Assembly (NCBI GenBank): GCA_013239625.1
Contig: MU053513.1
Coordinates: forward strand, 330,370-394,369
Source of the DNA: Lama guanicoe
Taxonomy: Eukaryota
Length of the DNA stretch: 64,000 nucleotides
Reading direction: 5' to 3'
This document shows positions 38,801 to 53,070 of the stretch, in pieces. The notes beneath the pieces are model-generated. The model was not told the origin of the DNA. It saw nothing but the letters and a program-made list of their open reading frames with translations, and did no database searches. A program made the translations under genes and the position numbers. The stretch's first letter is position 1; each line of letters opens with the position of its first letter.

Positions 38801-40449
38801 GAAAAAGACCACAAGTATCTTCACAAGCTAAGGAAAATTAACTTATAATCCAAATGTTCATAATAGATTAGGGTTAGAGGGAACTATTCTTGATTGGCAT
38901 CCTTCTTGTTAGAACCTCTTTTATTCACAGGGGATAGTATATTTTTCTGTGAAGACCATTAGAAGAAAACAATCTTAAAAATCTTAAAAGAGTGTTAATT
39001 GGCTGCCCTTTTATTTTATCCATTTGTATTTTAGCTAAAACTATCAGGTCTAGAATAGCTGAATAATCTGTGATTGTCCAAGAAAAACTCATCACAGATC
39101 TGGTTAAACACATTCGATCAAAGGGCTATGCAAGCTGACATTTAAAGTGCCACAGAGAATCAAGTCAAACCAGAGTCAGTGCAATGGGTTGTTTCCCTAA
39201 AACAGGAAACAACTGTAACAGAGGGAGTGTTAGAGGAGATTAAGACATCCTCTGCCAAAGTACACGGAACTGTGCAGTTGTCCACCAGCACACATTTGTA
39301 GAATGGTTAACCTGAGTAACAGCTAAATGGGAAGGTTATTATACAAGTGTCACAATCCATTCAGTAACACTTACATTTTTCTTCGTTTTCTTTATTTTTA
39401 ATTGTGATTAAAATATTCAACTTTTGCACTTCTCAGAATAAGAACAGAGTTTTTTTGCACCTTCTCAGAACAAGAATCATGATCTGCATTTCACAGTCTC
39501 ATAAACGCAGTTCCAGATGTTGAGAAGAGTCCTCTCTCTTCTTTGAAATATTTAAAGTGATAGAACTATTTTTTCTCTTGTCCTACTTTTTTGTTTCTTT
39601 CTCCTCCCTGACAATTTTCTCCTTTTTTCCTTCCTCCATCCTTTTCTTCCTTCCTTCCTTCCTTCCTTCCAATACCTTCCCTCTCTCTCTTTCTTTTACT
39701 TTCTTTCTTTGAAAATCTCAATGGTATATTTATAATTCTAACCCTTGACATTGTTTTTGTCTCTACTAAGATTGCTTTGGAAAAAGGTGTGGCACTGTGA
39801 TATTTATATGACACCAATTTACCAAGCCTCTATTAATTCTGCCTTGAAATTTTATGTTTTACTTATTTTATTTTTATTATTAAAAATAGCTTAGGCACAA
39901 AAGATTGTCTGATACATAATGTGTATAAAATTGAATATGGTAATATAGGAATTATTCATATACTTACCCGAAAGATTTCTCTCCACACTCACATCTCTTT
40001 CCTTCCTCCACAGATAACTACCAAATTTGGAGGTAATCATTTTCTTGCACTTCTTTACAGTTTCTCTGTATGTAAGAAACCCCTACTTGAATGTTTTCAC
40101 TAGAAAAGTTAATTGCAACTACTTTTGTGTATCTGTAACATCTCTCAATCATCATTGATAAAAATTTCATCAAAATTCCTACATTCTCAGACTGAGATTA
40201 TGAAATTATCGATCTAAAATGTAATTTTGAAAAAAAGTTGTGAAACCTTGTAAAGAAACTGAGAAAGAGAAGCTGATACATTTTTTATTGAAATCTTGTC
40301 TGTAATATTTCCAAGTAATTATTTTATAAATGTTAATGCATTATTAAATTGGAGTAATGTATGCACCAGGAAAATAGTTGGGAGTGTGTTCTTTCAAATA
40401 CATCATTTAATTGATGACATACTTGCAAACATAACTTCGATGTGTATTT

Positions 40450-41130
40450 AGCAAATATTTAATACATGTCTGCTGTTCACTGAGAATGTAGTAATTAAGA
40501 GCATAGCTCCTAACCCAGCAGTTTCTATCTGGTGGAGAAGACAGACAAGAGGACAGACAGAAAAGAGTATAAATGTGCAATAATGAGATACATGTGAAGT
40601 GGTTATGGGAACACCTAAAGGGAACGCAAATCACTTGAAGACACAGGAGAATCTCCCCCCAAAACTGGGTGAGAATCTTTCAGGTTGGAGGAGCAATGTG
40701 CACAAAAAAACAGTAAGGCAGCAGGTTAGGGAAATGTAGTCTGAAAACAGGAAAGTGGAAGTAGCTCATTGTGACAGGTGCACAGAGAGGCCAGGTCAGG
40801 GAGTGCGGAGAGGCAAGCAAAGCCCTGATTCTCAGGGACTTCATAGGTCATGCTGATGAATTTCAGCTTCATCATGAGAGACACAGGAAACTGTTAGAGG
40901 GTTTCTAACACTAAAGACAAAGAGTGGCATGACCAGATCAGATTTTAGAAAGCTCAATCTGGCAGAAGCTCTGAGTAGGGATTTGCAGACTGCCCCACAG
41001 CAGAGATAGGGACCTAGTAGGAGGTGGGTGGACCCGGGGATGCAGGGAGAGCTGAAGGTGTCTACACCAGCGTGTTCGTGAGGATGGCGAGCAGGAGACA
41101 TTTAGAGAAACTCATGCAAAGAATCAACAA
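40450..41130 (-). mobile_element. L2 fragment
   Basis: GAGTGGCATGACCAGATCAGATTTTAGAAAG and related antisense L2 motifs. Confidence 0.6.
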
Positions 41131-42390
41131 CATTCCGGGGCAATCGCCTCATGTCACTTTTGGGTCACTCTCCCCTTTCTATTTCTGTTTGAGATTATGC
41201 ACACTGTGATGGGTTAAGAGGAGCTTTCAGTGCAAGAACTTCTTGCTCTGCTGTCAGTTTTGATAGCAAAGACAAACATAGGCCACCAAGTGAACTGTCA
41301 TGTCCCCACCTAACTCCACATGGAGTAGGTAAAAGTCAGCTGATGCAAGAATGATTTCATTGTTGGAAAACGTTAGTCTCATCTAGGCAGAACTTATGAA
41401 AGAGGGAGAAAAAAAACAGTGAAATAGCTCAAAACCAAATATTTCACTTACAGATGAAATCATAGTTCAGCGCTCTCAGTGTTAACACGTACAAGTTGTC
41501 ATTAAACGGACTTTTCTAAGCAGTAAATTGAGAATTATTATGTAATAACTCTAATAATATTACTAATATTCATGAGGATTTATTAAAAAAATTGCCTGAT
41601 CCATTATCTCATCATGAGAAACCTTTCTTACGCTATAAATATCTTCTATGTGATATTAGCAATATATTTTATAAAGCTGAGATCACTCGGACTTTCTACA
41701 TTTGGGTTCGTAGAGCCATGCTCTTTCTAAAACATATTCTCTGTTGAATGTAGCCAGCCACATCCTTACAGGAATTCATCTGTTTGAACATATTACCCTT
41801 TATTTGAAAATCTCTTCTTTAGCCTCCCATAAAAATCTGTATTGATTTTAAAGTTTCGTTACTCACTTATAAGGCACTTAATGGCCATAGACCAATATGT
41901 GTGCTAGTTCTATTGTCTCTGTAAGTCCCTTGTTGCCCATTGAGGTCACAATGAGCAGGCTATTTTGTCCTTCCAAAGCATAAACTCAAATCCCTTGAAG
42001 CTGAGGCTTTTAGAAAATATGTTCCCTGTTTGTGGAATGTAGCTGCAATTTCAATTCGTTAGAGTCCAACTGTCTGCATGCAAAAAAGAAACGGTTGTGT
42101 TTGGTTACATCTCAAAATGCTCAAGATAATTATTTTTTGGCTGTTGTATCTCCCTATCTTGGAACATGAGTATCTTTAATGAAGTGTACTGATACACTTT
42201 AGCCAATCTATCAGGTGTAAAACTGATCATTTTCTAGGTCCATCCTGGGACATCAAACTTCCTCCTGCCATGACTGCCTCTTGAATAGCCACATGGTTTG
42301 TTCTGATGTTTGGATTCTAATAGACCAGTGAGAAAAACACATTTTAAAAACAATATGATCTCTTCTTTATTCTCATTCACTCAGGCTCTC

Positions 42391-42391
<1 letters not shown>

Positions 42392-42427
<36 letters not shown>
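42392..42427. repeat. (AAC)12 microsatellite
   Basis: Directly visible. Confidence 0.95.
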
Positions 42428-42429
<2 letters not shown>

Positions 42430-42479
42430 AAAACAAAAACACAAACGTGTAAGCGAGCCAGTTAGGTTTAAAACTAGAA

Positions 42480-43145
42480 AAGCAGAATCATGAAATATAA
42501 TGTAAATTGTATACAACAGTGACATTGCTACATATTAAATTAAAAAAATATGCCTTCCTTACAGAATTCCAAATAATCTATGTAGATATTCTTCTCTCTG
42601 GAAAGGAGAGCTTGATTCTCTTCTACTTAAGTGTGGGCTAAAAGAGTAACTTACTTTGAAAAAACTAAGCATGAAAAAAGAAAACTACTTTACAGTGGCG
42701 ACATCTGGCCAACATTAACGTCATCAATTTAACAGAAGCAGGGATGTGTCGTTGGTGTCAGGTGGCCTCTGACATGCTGTTCTGAGGCCACTCCCCCCTC
42801 CCCCCGGGGAATTCTTCCCTAAATAAAACCTCTAATCCCAGTCTACGCATGACAAACCCATCAGACAAATCAACGCTTAGGGATACTCTACGTTGCACTT
42901 GACTACTTCTTTCAAAAGTGATAAGGTTATTTGAAATAAAGACATAGGAATTGTCACAGATCAGAGGAGACTAAAGAGATCTAATGACTAAATGTAATTA
43001 GTATCCTAGATTAGATACTAGAACACAAAAAAGATGTTCATGGAGAAATTAGTGAAATCTTCAGTTAATAGTAATTCACCAATGCTAATTTATTTGTTTT
43101 GATAAATGTACCATGGTTATGTAAAATGTTAATATTAGGAGAAAG
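42480..43145 (+). mobile_element. L1MC-type 3' UTR fragment
   Basis: CTTTACAGTGG, CATCAGACAAATC, CAGAGGAGACTAAAGAGA..ATGACTAAATG, TGATAAATGTACCATGGTTATGTAA. Confidence 0.75.
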
Positions 43146-45314
43146 TTTCTAGCAGCTACAATGTATCTGAAATTTCACAAAATTTATTTTACAAATATAT
43201 ATCAAGCATCTGCTATTCTTAAAAGATTGCTGAGTATAGCTCCACTTACCATATAGTTAATATAATTTTTCTCAACATGTATTTTAATTTACAATAAGCA
43301 TAAATATTTTATAGAGCTTACGTTCAAAGCTTAAATTATATTTGGAGCTTAATCTGAAGAAATAAAAAGATCAAGAGGATAATTGTTTATTAGTCAAGAA
43401 ACTCTTTACTTCATGGATTTTTTTAAAGAAATATTTCATAGGACTTATCAATATGATGAGTAATTTTAACCACAGAAGTTGAGGTTCTGTTATTGAAAGT
43501 TAAATCTGAAATATGTTCTCATTTTGTTTATTGGTTTACCTTTCATGTTTTATACTCGGTTGTATGTTATCTCGGAATTTTTACATACTAAATATGGAAA
43601 CCAAATAAACAAAGCAAAATGTTACACACCATCCAGTGGAGGGCAGTAGCCTGAAATGAGATAAGATCCCCTCCACACTGACTGCATTTGGGAATTTTGA
43701 CCACTTTGAGCCCTGTTTCATCATCTGGAAAACAAAGAAAGAGATGATCTTTAAAAGACCTTTTAGAATTCTAAATTTTATAATTCTTGGTACTATCATG
43801 AGGAGAGAAATGCTTCGTAAAGAATAGTTTAACAATTTTAAAGCTTTTTAAACTTTCTTATTTTGGTGAAATGTTTTTGGTCAGATAATATATTATTAAA
43901 ATCACAGTCATATACTAATTCAAGCATAGCAACTGTGATCTTTGCATATTTCCTTGCACTATTTACATTAATATGCCCAGTCAGCTTATTGATACATTAA
44001 TACAGTTGCACGTGTATGGATGGATGCATGACAACTAAGAGGTAAGCCAGAAAACACTAGACACTCAGCCTCATACACAGCAAAACTTCTGCCCTCTTTC
44101 TGGCAACATCCTCTTCTAAAGCACTGTCTATGTCAATCCACACATTCAGTTCTCAAAATGAACAACAGTGGCAAAGGTTCATTCTTCAATCCCAAGTATT
44201 GCTCCCTAAATCACGTAAAGTTTGGATACACTGTCAGTGAGATGGGAAATCTTGTAAGGTGGAACTTTCTTGCATAACCTTCAGTATTTGCATTTTTGTC
44301 TGTATTATAAATGTTACATGAATTATGCATTTTTGTTGTTTTATAATGTCTCCTGTCTTTTGACATTAAGAACTCATAAGATTAAGGAAAAAGAGATAGA
44401 TAAAAGGTAAAAAAAAGTGTGAAAATAAGAGGTTGATGTAGCAGAAGGTGCTCTTTGGAAAAACGAGGGCGACATTAAATGAGATGTTTCTCTCTCAAGG
44501 CTAAGTGCTTTCCACCAATCAGGGCGCATAACGTGAAACAAAAACAATGGATCACTGAGACGTGGCCCGTGGCCCGTCAAGACCTTGGGCCATGGGGATA
44601 TTACACATCACTCAGTTCCTTTTTCTTTTCAGAAAAATCTCTCTCAGCAAGAGGCAGCTAGTTTTTTCTCACAGCAAGCAAGGCTCAGCACGTGAAGCTT
44701 TGAACAATCCTGCACTACAGGGAATGTTTTGCAGAAACTGCATGACAAGATTGCCAAAAGGATTACCTCTTGATTTCCTTTGTCCTTGGGTTTATTTCAT
44801 CTAATAATGGGGCAAAGATGGTGCCTTCTACAATGAAGAGGGAATTTATTCATGAGTCGTATGTGGCAAAATGATTTTCAAATTCTTGTTGCTCATAACT
44901 TTCTAAGAAAACAATACCTCATTGAATATAAGATGTATGTTTTTTCTTTTAACAGTGTTTATCATCATACTATGAATTGTAAGCATAGAATAATTTGTTC
45001 TTGGAACAGCTTGAAGCCAGAATCCTAAAAAGAAGTATTTCTGTCCTCTCTTTACTGAAAAAGTGTGAACAATCATCAAGAACATTATATAGGGTCAAGT
45101 TAAATGAAAATTAGGCCATTTGACTACAACAAAAAATTCTGTAAACAAAATAGTACTTTAAATTCCAATGATGTTACTCTTATCTGATACTTTGATGGCT
45201 GACTAGATAGATAGATGGACAGACAGACAGACAGATACAGATATATAAGAATAACAGTTATGATTATACTAACACACATGGTCATCCTGGCCTAAAAAAT
45301 ACCATGAGATTGCT

Positions 45315-45490
45315 GTCAGAACACCTAGCTTCAAGTACCACTTCTGTACTTAGTGCTTGACAGTTTGAATTACAGTTTCCCTACCTGTGCATTGGGGATC
45401 ATGATGTTTAGCCTACTTGATTCATGTAGTAATTTTGAAGCTACAATAAAAGAAGGTTTACACATCTTTATAGAATTATAAGGATATATA
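45315..45490 (+). mobile_element. MIR SINE (degenerate)
   Basis: GTCAGAACACCTAGCTTCAAG ... CAGTTTCCCTACCTGTG. Confidence 0.55.
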
Positions 45491-45589
45491 AATCAAAACC
45501 TGGTGCACAGAAAGATGTATCATTGTAGTCCATTGCTTTCAATGTATCATAATCATTCTGATTTATCCAGATAAAGTTGGGGAGTTAAA

Positions 45590-47950
45590 AGAGTGTATAG
45601 GGGTGTGAGGACAGAGGTGAATTGGGATCAGGAAAATCGTTCCCCATGATGTGAGATTTGATCTTCAGATCTGAAAGATGAATAAGAGGTGACAAGTCGA
45701 TAGCCTCCAAGTAGATGTTCAAACAGGTGGAAAGGATGGCAAAAGCAGGGGAGCTACTGAAGCTGGATAGAGAAAAGCTATGGGAGATTGGTGTGACTCT
45801 CTTCTGTACAGGGAGGTAGATTTCAGTTCATGTTAGCTGTTAAATATAGGTCTTTCAGGATTAATAAAAAATAATTGAAGGGTTATTTAGAGCAATAGAG
45901 TGATATCATAAGATGTCCATTTTTTATTGCATATATATTTTTTATTGAAGTATAGTCAGTTTACAATGTTTTGTCAGTTTCTGGTGTACAGCATAATGCT
46001 TCAGTCATACATGAATGTACATATATTTGTTTTCATATTCTTTTTCACCATAAGTTACTACAAGATAGTGAATATAGTTCCCTGTGCTATACAGTATAAA
46101 CTTGTTTATTTATTTTATATGTATTAGTTATTATCTGCAAATCTTGAACCCCCAGTTTATCCCTTGCCATCCCCTTCCTCCCACCCCTCCCCTAGTGGTT
46201 ACTAAGATGTCCATTTTTAAAGGGTCATTCAACAACAGTGTGGAGCATAGATTGGAGGGGGACAATTGTCAACCAGAGGGACTAGTTATTTGGTTATTTC
46301 AAAAGTCTGTGCTGGAAACGATAATGGAACAAGAGGCATGGCAGTGGAGACAGATGGAAGTGAAAGGTTTTGCAGTGTGTTTTAGAAACAAAAATGTCTA
46401 GATTTCGTGAGGACTTTAATATGGGAAGAAAGAGGGAAGAGTTAGTGATGACATCTCATTGCTGAGATGCTAAATGTCTGACGCTTTACTGTAATGGGGA
46501 ATTCTGAAGGAAGACTGTGTTTGCTGAGGGGATGTCAGTAGAGATGAATGTCAAAGGAGACATCTATGCTACAGACAGAAAATCGAAAGTATTTTTTTGT
46601 AACAATGGTAATTGAAGTCATTGATATGGATGAAATCAATGGGGTAAGGGCAAGAAAGCAAGACAAAAAACAGCCCAGGATAGCATTTGAAGAATCTCCA
46701 AATTGAAGAACACTTGTGGCAAATGCCCCAGTAAGTCGCTTACTACGAGTTGCTATTGTGCTGGACAGCAGGCAGAAAGATTAATAATATTCAAACATTC
46801 TCCACAAGTTCATAGATTAGGAAAGAGCAAGTGAGATATATTTAGCATCTATAGCTGCCAACATTTTCTGTAAGAACCCAGAGGAGGGACACTATTTTCT
46901 AGAACTGTTGGTATGGCTAGAGAAGACAGAAGAATTCAAGAGGAAATGATACTTTGGCTAAGCACAAAAGGACAATTCTTTTATTTCATCCCTTCATTTA
47001 TTTGTCCATTCAATAAATATTCCAGAGCCTTACAGTATTCCAGGCACCGTTCACGTTGCCGAAGACAAAGTGACAAACACACAGTGCCCATGCTCATAAG
47101 AAGCTTAATTAACCTCATAGAGGAGAAAGACGTTATACAAATAAACCAACAGACAAGATAATTTTATAGATTGGTTGTATTATAAAGACACTCAAACAAG
47201 ATAATGGGATGGATATTGGTGGGTTTGGTAGAGGAAGGTGGTATGTAATCTAGTCAAGGAAGACCTCACTAAGGAGATGCTCTTTGAATTTAAACCAAGA
47301 AGGACAAGTAGCCAAAACTAGGACAATTTGTAGGAGACAGAGATAGAGAATAGTAAGTGCAAAATCTCCAAGTTTGGAGCTCATTTGGTGCATTTGAGGA
47401 AAAGACAGGACATTCAACAAGATGCGGGTAGGAATTTTTCAGTGAGATAATGAAGTCGTCTTGTCTGATGACTCATTTCTTCAGTGAGATATCAGGTAAT
47501 ATAATCCAGTGTCATCGAGAGTAGAAGAGGAAATGTTGGTATTTGAGGAGAACTATGGTATGAACTGGTCATTTGGAAGAGCAGAAGCATGAATAATCGG
47601 AAAAGCATAGTGTAGAGCAATACCTGATCTTAAATTTAAAGTGAGAAACATCAGCACATCTGTGTGTTTTTGTTTTCCTTCCAGGCCATTTAACGAGTCC
47701 TCTTCTCCTGTGAAATTTGCAACGAACTGGGTTAGGTGGTGTAGTTTTATCAGTGGAGTACAACAGAAGAGAGATGGTATGAGAGAGTGGTTATAATACT
47801 CTATGAGAAAATGCAACTGGTAAAAGAAGGAAATAATTCTATGAAGCAGATGAAGGTAAAGGGTACTTAGTGAGCGTGAACAATTATTTAAGCAAAGTAG
47901 TAGATTACAGGAGCTGGGTATGATGGATCAAGGGTAGGATGTTTTGCATT
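45590..47950 (-). mobile_element. Degenerate L2 fragments, interrupted by the young L1 at 45925-46202
   Basis: Purine-rich antisense L2-like sequence with a 3' end CATTCAATAAATATT..CCAGGCAC near 47010. Boundaries are approximate. Confidence 0.55.
45925..46202 (-). mobile_element. Young L1 3'-end insertion
   Basis: TTATTGAAGTATAGTCAGTTTACAATG...; perfect 16-bp TSD TAAGATGTCCATTTTT at 45909-45924 and 46203-46218. Confidence 0.9.
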
Positions 47951-47994
47951 ATGACTTTGTATCTTGTGCATTTATAGTAATGCCAAATTCCACA

Positions 47995-48205
47995 GCTTCA
48001 CTCTTCAATAGGATAGCCATTAGTCACTGTGGCTATCTCAGTTTAGATGTTTATTAATTAAAGTTAAACAAAATTACAAATGCAGTCCTCCAGTGGCACT
48101 AGCCACAGTTCAAGTACACAATAACTATAAGGAGGTAATGATTATTGTACTGGACCATGCAGAGACAGAACGACTCCATCAATGCAGAGAGCGCTATTGT
48201 GCAGT
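47995..48205. mobile_element. MER3-like hAT DNA transposon relic
   Basis: ATAGCCATTAGTCACTGTGGCTA ... GCACTAGCCACAGTTCAAG ... CCATCAATGCAGAGAG. Confidence 0.7.
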
Positions 48206-51200
48206 TTGGGTCCAGACAGCCATCTTTGGAATGGATGGTAAAAGCAGAGGAAAAGAAAATTCTATGCCAATGAGGATGACAGAAAAATGAGAAGGTATGG
48301 TATCGATCGAGTCTTTCATGTTTACAGACTCGTGGAAGCCTAAGAGAAAGCATGGTCTTTAAAAAAAAAAAAGAAACTGGAAGGAAGTGATTTCAAATGG
48401 CTGGGAAAATGAGGAGTCACGTTCCCAAACTCCTTCATACATGATTTCCGCTTCACTAATACAGCCAAGTCCACCGACAGCCTCCTTGGAGAGGCTCGTT
48501 AGGGGACTTTCTAGTCTCCTGATACTTGGTCCCCTGCTGTTTCAATAGTTTACCCTCAAGTGAGCACCACACATTAAAGCAGCTCACTGCTATGTCATCA
48601 GCTTCTCACCAACCTGTATAAATAACATTACCGTTGCCCCTGCCAACCAAGTGATTAGACAAAATGCACAGCATAACGCACATAGTAATGATTACACGAT
48701 TAGGAAATAATGTGCTGAATAGGGACACCATCAGCTTATCAAATCCAATAGAGAGAAAACACTTCTAACTGGCAGAAATATATATGTATATACATATACG
48801 TAGATATGCAAATACATATATGCATGGATTTCTAACACTATGTATGTAATACTACACATATACATATGCACACAAGACATATATTCTTGTGTATATTCCT
48901 ACAGCATCATACTTTGGAAGGAATCCAGTAACTAAATGTCATTTATTAAATCTCTCAGATATAATGCACAAAAAGACTTTTTGAGCAATATGGTAATGGG
49001 AAAAAAATACTTGGAACACTTTGAGGGGTTTTTCTATTCTATTTCTTCCCATATAAAAATCAAGTGAAGAAGAAGCAATTATCAAGATAATTTAAGGATG
49101 GGAAAGAAAAAAAAATCTTGCCTCAATTATCTGAATAGTTAATGAAATACTTGAGCTTGAAGCCTCAATTATCCAAGTAAATGAATCCATTTTCCACTAT
49201 ATTTTCCACATAAGTTTAATGAGTAAATTGAATTTGCCTAATGTGCTAATTTGCCTAACGTGCTAGACAATCTCTTCCCTCGCTGGACAATTAAGTCTCT
49301 GTTAGACTAGGTTCAATATTATTTAACAAATAACAAATGTTATTATTTTTCCTAGAAATGTTATGGTAAACTGTGATCAAGGCATAGTAAAAAATGCAGG
49401 TTATGCCTCCACATAGCCAAACAACCACATGAGTAATGTAAATCAGCTTGCTTTGCCTAAATAAATGCTGTAGGAATATTGTTCATTTGGTTATTAATGA
49501 ATCTTTATAGCTTGAACTTTTCCCTTTATTAATCTGTTTTTAAAATATTAAAATTAGAACTTCAAACAATATTTAATTAATATGACCAAAAGGATCACAT
49601 CCTGTTAAGTAAGTTAGGACTTTGTTAGAAATTTTTTGTAACCATGCAAATTTAGAAATACAAAAATACTATTTCTTGCCAAGTGTGTGAAGCTTGCCTT
49701 GCTTAAACCGGAGTTCTGAACTGGTGGGATGCCATCAAGCCATCATCTTTATAATGAAGACCTAAAGGTACTTTGGATATGCTTAAGAAAAGAACTCCAA
49801 AACTCGTGGTATACTTTTGATAAACACTTTTGATTTAATTGATTTAAATGAATGGTTTGAAGAGAATTGATGGAGCCAAGTTTCCAGAGAGAGTGGTTTT
49901 GTTTATTTTAGAAATTTCATTATCACCATGGTCCGCTGCCATCTAAAAACAAAAGACCAAAGTGTGTGTCTATAGGGGTATTGGCAGGGAGAACAGATGT
50001 TCTGGGCTAAGTCCACTGTGATTTTAACTTTATTGGACAGTATGTTACACATTTTGAACTTGTATTTATGCTTTAAAATTCGGAGAACAGAGCTGAGGTG
50101 ACTTCCCAAATACATCAGTGAGAAGCAACGTGTTTAGTAAACGAAGCATCAGAACGCTATGATCATAGTCTCTTCTCTTTGATAAACGAAGCACTGTACT
50201 GAGAATCTCCTTCTGACACCCCTTTTTTCCTATACATGCCTAAAATTTGGAATTAGATATGCCTACAACTGGCCAAGAACGCAGCAGCACTAAACTGCCC
50301 TTGGGTTTTCTTTTCAATAAGTTTCAGCTGCCTTGCATCTGAAAGCAATTGAGGACAAACTCTTAAGATGAACTGAAATGGATTCAGCCCGTTTGTTCCA
50401 TAAGTGGTAGAGAGGGCAAATAATAGACTTTTGGAAGTGGTGGCCACACTAGGCCAACTCTAAATTCAGCAAGTTAGATTCATGATGCCAATGATAATGG
50501 TCACAAGAATCAGAAATAAAATTGGATGTTTTATATTTTGTGCTGCTAGGCAGACTGACTGTGTTTGATCATAGCCAAATGCATTTTAATATCTTAGCTG
50601 TGATTTCAAACAACTTTGCAAATATTTGGTTTACTTCACATTCATAACAACTCTGTGAAATAGGCCAGAGAGATTACCCATATTTCCCGGAATAATAAAA
50701 AAAAAAAGGGTACCTTTCAGTTAGAGCATTTGTTCATGGTTTCCTGAGTAAATAAAGAGATCCACCCTCTTTCAGTTCTATTCTGTTTTTATCAAACTAT
50801 AATATTTTGCTGGCCCCTGATAAAACATCTCTAGCCTGTCAAGATAAAAGCTCCATTATCTGCTAAAAGAACAAAGTACTATTGTTTTTTTCCCCTGGCT
50901 TAAAATGAATTTATAATAAAATTACATATAAATTAAAAACACTTTCTGAATCAGAAAAATTTGGAAGAGAAAATTTATTACCTTATTATATAATAATACA
51001 ATACAATAATAAAAATTTTTGTACATGATTTTTTTAATCTACAATTTTGAATAAATTAGTGACTTGGATTTTATCTATAAATAATTCCTTATTAAAAAGT
51101 GATGCTTTGTCTAGTGTGCTAATTAAAAATATGCAAAGCATAACATACCTTAGGAAATACTGTTCTTCCTCTTGACACACTGAATATAAAAGATATTTCA

Positions 51201-52870
51201 TCTCTGATTTTGAAAATAAGCAATGATTAGATTTCCAAAAGAGCTTTTCAATAAGAACTTTCATTTATATTTACTAGGCCAAATTTTCTTGCCTTTCCTT
51301 TTAGGATAGATACATGAATTAAAGTAATATATACATATGATTTAATTTGAATGGAATTATATGTTCTTTCTCAACATTCTTTGAACCCTTCAAACAAACT
51401 TCATGGAGACTGACTTTAAAGCCAGCACAGAAGGATTTAAGGGATGGAAGTTTTGAAAACAATTTTGTTTCGGAGAATTTTAAATTTGGAAGCTGTTGTA
51501 AGAAACCCTTAGGAAAAATAGGAATTAATTGGAATGTTAAAATTTTTTTAACTTAAACTGAAATTCATACATTATCAAATTTATTTTGAGCATCGATTCC
51601 AAACCCTCAACAGATTGCCTACATATTGCTGCCATCATATATCTACGGTAATCTTGAAATAATAAAGAGGCTACCATCGTCACACCCCTTAGACCTAATG
51701 GAGTGTCCTGAAGTGTAATTACTTAGCATTTCAAATGTAGCATTCCTTGTATCTATCAAGCAGTTAGACCGAAATTATTGAGATCATTTCATAACAGCAG
51801 AGGAGTTGAGGATAGCCTATGAGAGAAAGAAGATTTTACACAAAATAACTGTTTCCTTTGTAATTTGGTTTCAAACGTTCATAATACACCTTTAATAATG
51901 TTTGAGACATGAACTGATAAATAGCTTAGGTCAGTTGCTATCTCTGATACAGCAAAATTAGGTTATTGTTTAATTATATTACTTCAAATGCAACTACCTA
52001 TTTTTAGGATTGATCAAAGAATTTTACCACTAAAATAATGAGATTTGGCAGATAAAATAAATGCACAAAAACCTATGCTTTCTTCAAGTTCTAAATATTT
52101 GAGGAAAAAAAAAATAGAAAATTGAATTCTAGTGTAATAGTTATTTCATGAACACAGACAACCAAAAACTGAAACTCCCTTCCTTCCCCTCATGATCAAA
52201 AATACTAGCTAATACTTACTGAGTGTCTTCTGTATGTCAAGCACAGCCCCATGAAGTCGGTATTATAATGTCCACTTTACGAAGAGAGAAATTGAAGTCT
52301 GATGAGGTTAAGTAAAATTCCCATGGTCATTCAATTGGCAAATGAATTTAGTCATAAAATCCGTCTGTTCCAAAATCCATGCTCATATTTACTAAGCTCA
52401 TGTGAATCTGATTCTAGATATTTATTGCCTTTTCTCCCATTAACATTATTTGACTTTCTTTCTCTAAATCCCAGAGACCAATCGCTCTTTTACTGCAATG
52501 GCCAAAGTGGAAATTATATGTTTATATTGGATTATACTATTCTAACTCTGTTTACTATGCAGAAAATTAATTGCCCCTAAAAGAGTCTCCAATTCAGAGT
52601 AAAATAACTGTGTATATAGCAGAGTTTTATTATTATATTCAGAGTGAATTTTTGGTTTTCTGAATAGGTTCATTTTATGATGTCAAATATAATTGAGATG
52701 TTTCCTGAGGTTAATCAACATGTCATGTCCCATTCAAACTATGTCTGGTCAATATGCTGAGATATTTTTCCTTGATATATTTACCCTGGTTACCAAAGGC
52801 AAAACCATGAAATTTAAAAAAAATCAATATAATTTCTATATCCTATACTAAAATATGCTTCCACATTTAC

Positions 52871-52876
52871 TTTATT
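52871..52876 (-). terminator. Polyadenylation signal AATAAA of the candidate cytokine gene
   Basis: tttatt on the + strand, 42 nt downstream of the exon 5 stop. Confidence 0.55.
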
Positions 52877-52918
52877 CCTTTACTGTATGCTGTGTGGCCC
52901 TAATCTTTGTATTATGTG

Positions 52919-53070
52919 TCATTGCTTCCTGGATGTGTCCTCAGTGAGTAGGTGAACTTTACACTGGATCAGGTGGTGATCCAAATCAGTCTTCAAGGAA
53001 TAGTTCACTGCAATAGACTTCAGGACTCCTAGACAGCACATGCAGTTTGCCAATTTCCTTAATATATATT
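52919..53070 (-). CDS. Exon 5 (end of helix C plus helix D, terminal exon) of the candidate cytokine
   Basis: Acceptor aatttttgacag|AA in phase 1, matching exon 4. Open for 49 codons to TGA at 52921-52919. Contains CMCC, QCK and the sequon NYS. Confidence 0.7.

Noticed and set aside
49845..49965. Strong minus-strand acceptor (tcttttgtttttag|ATGGCAGCG) as an alternative last exon
   Set aside because: In phase 1 it stops after about 6 codons, and there is no other support.
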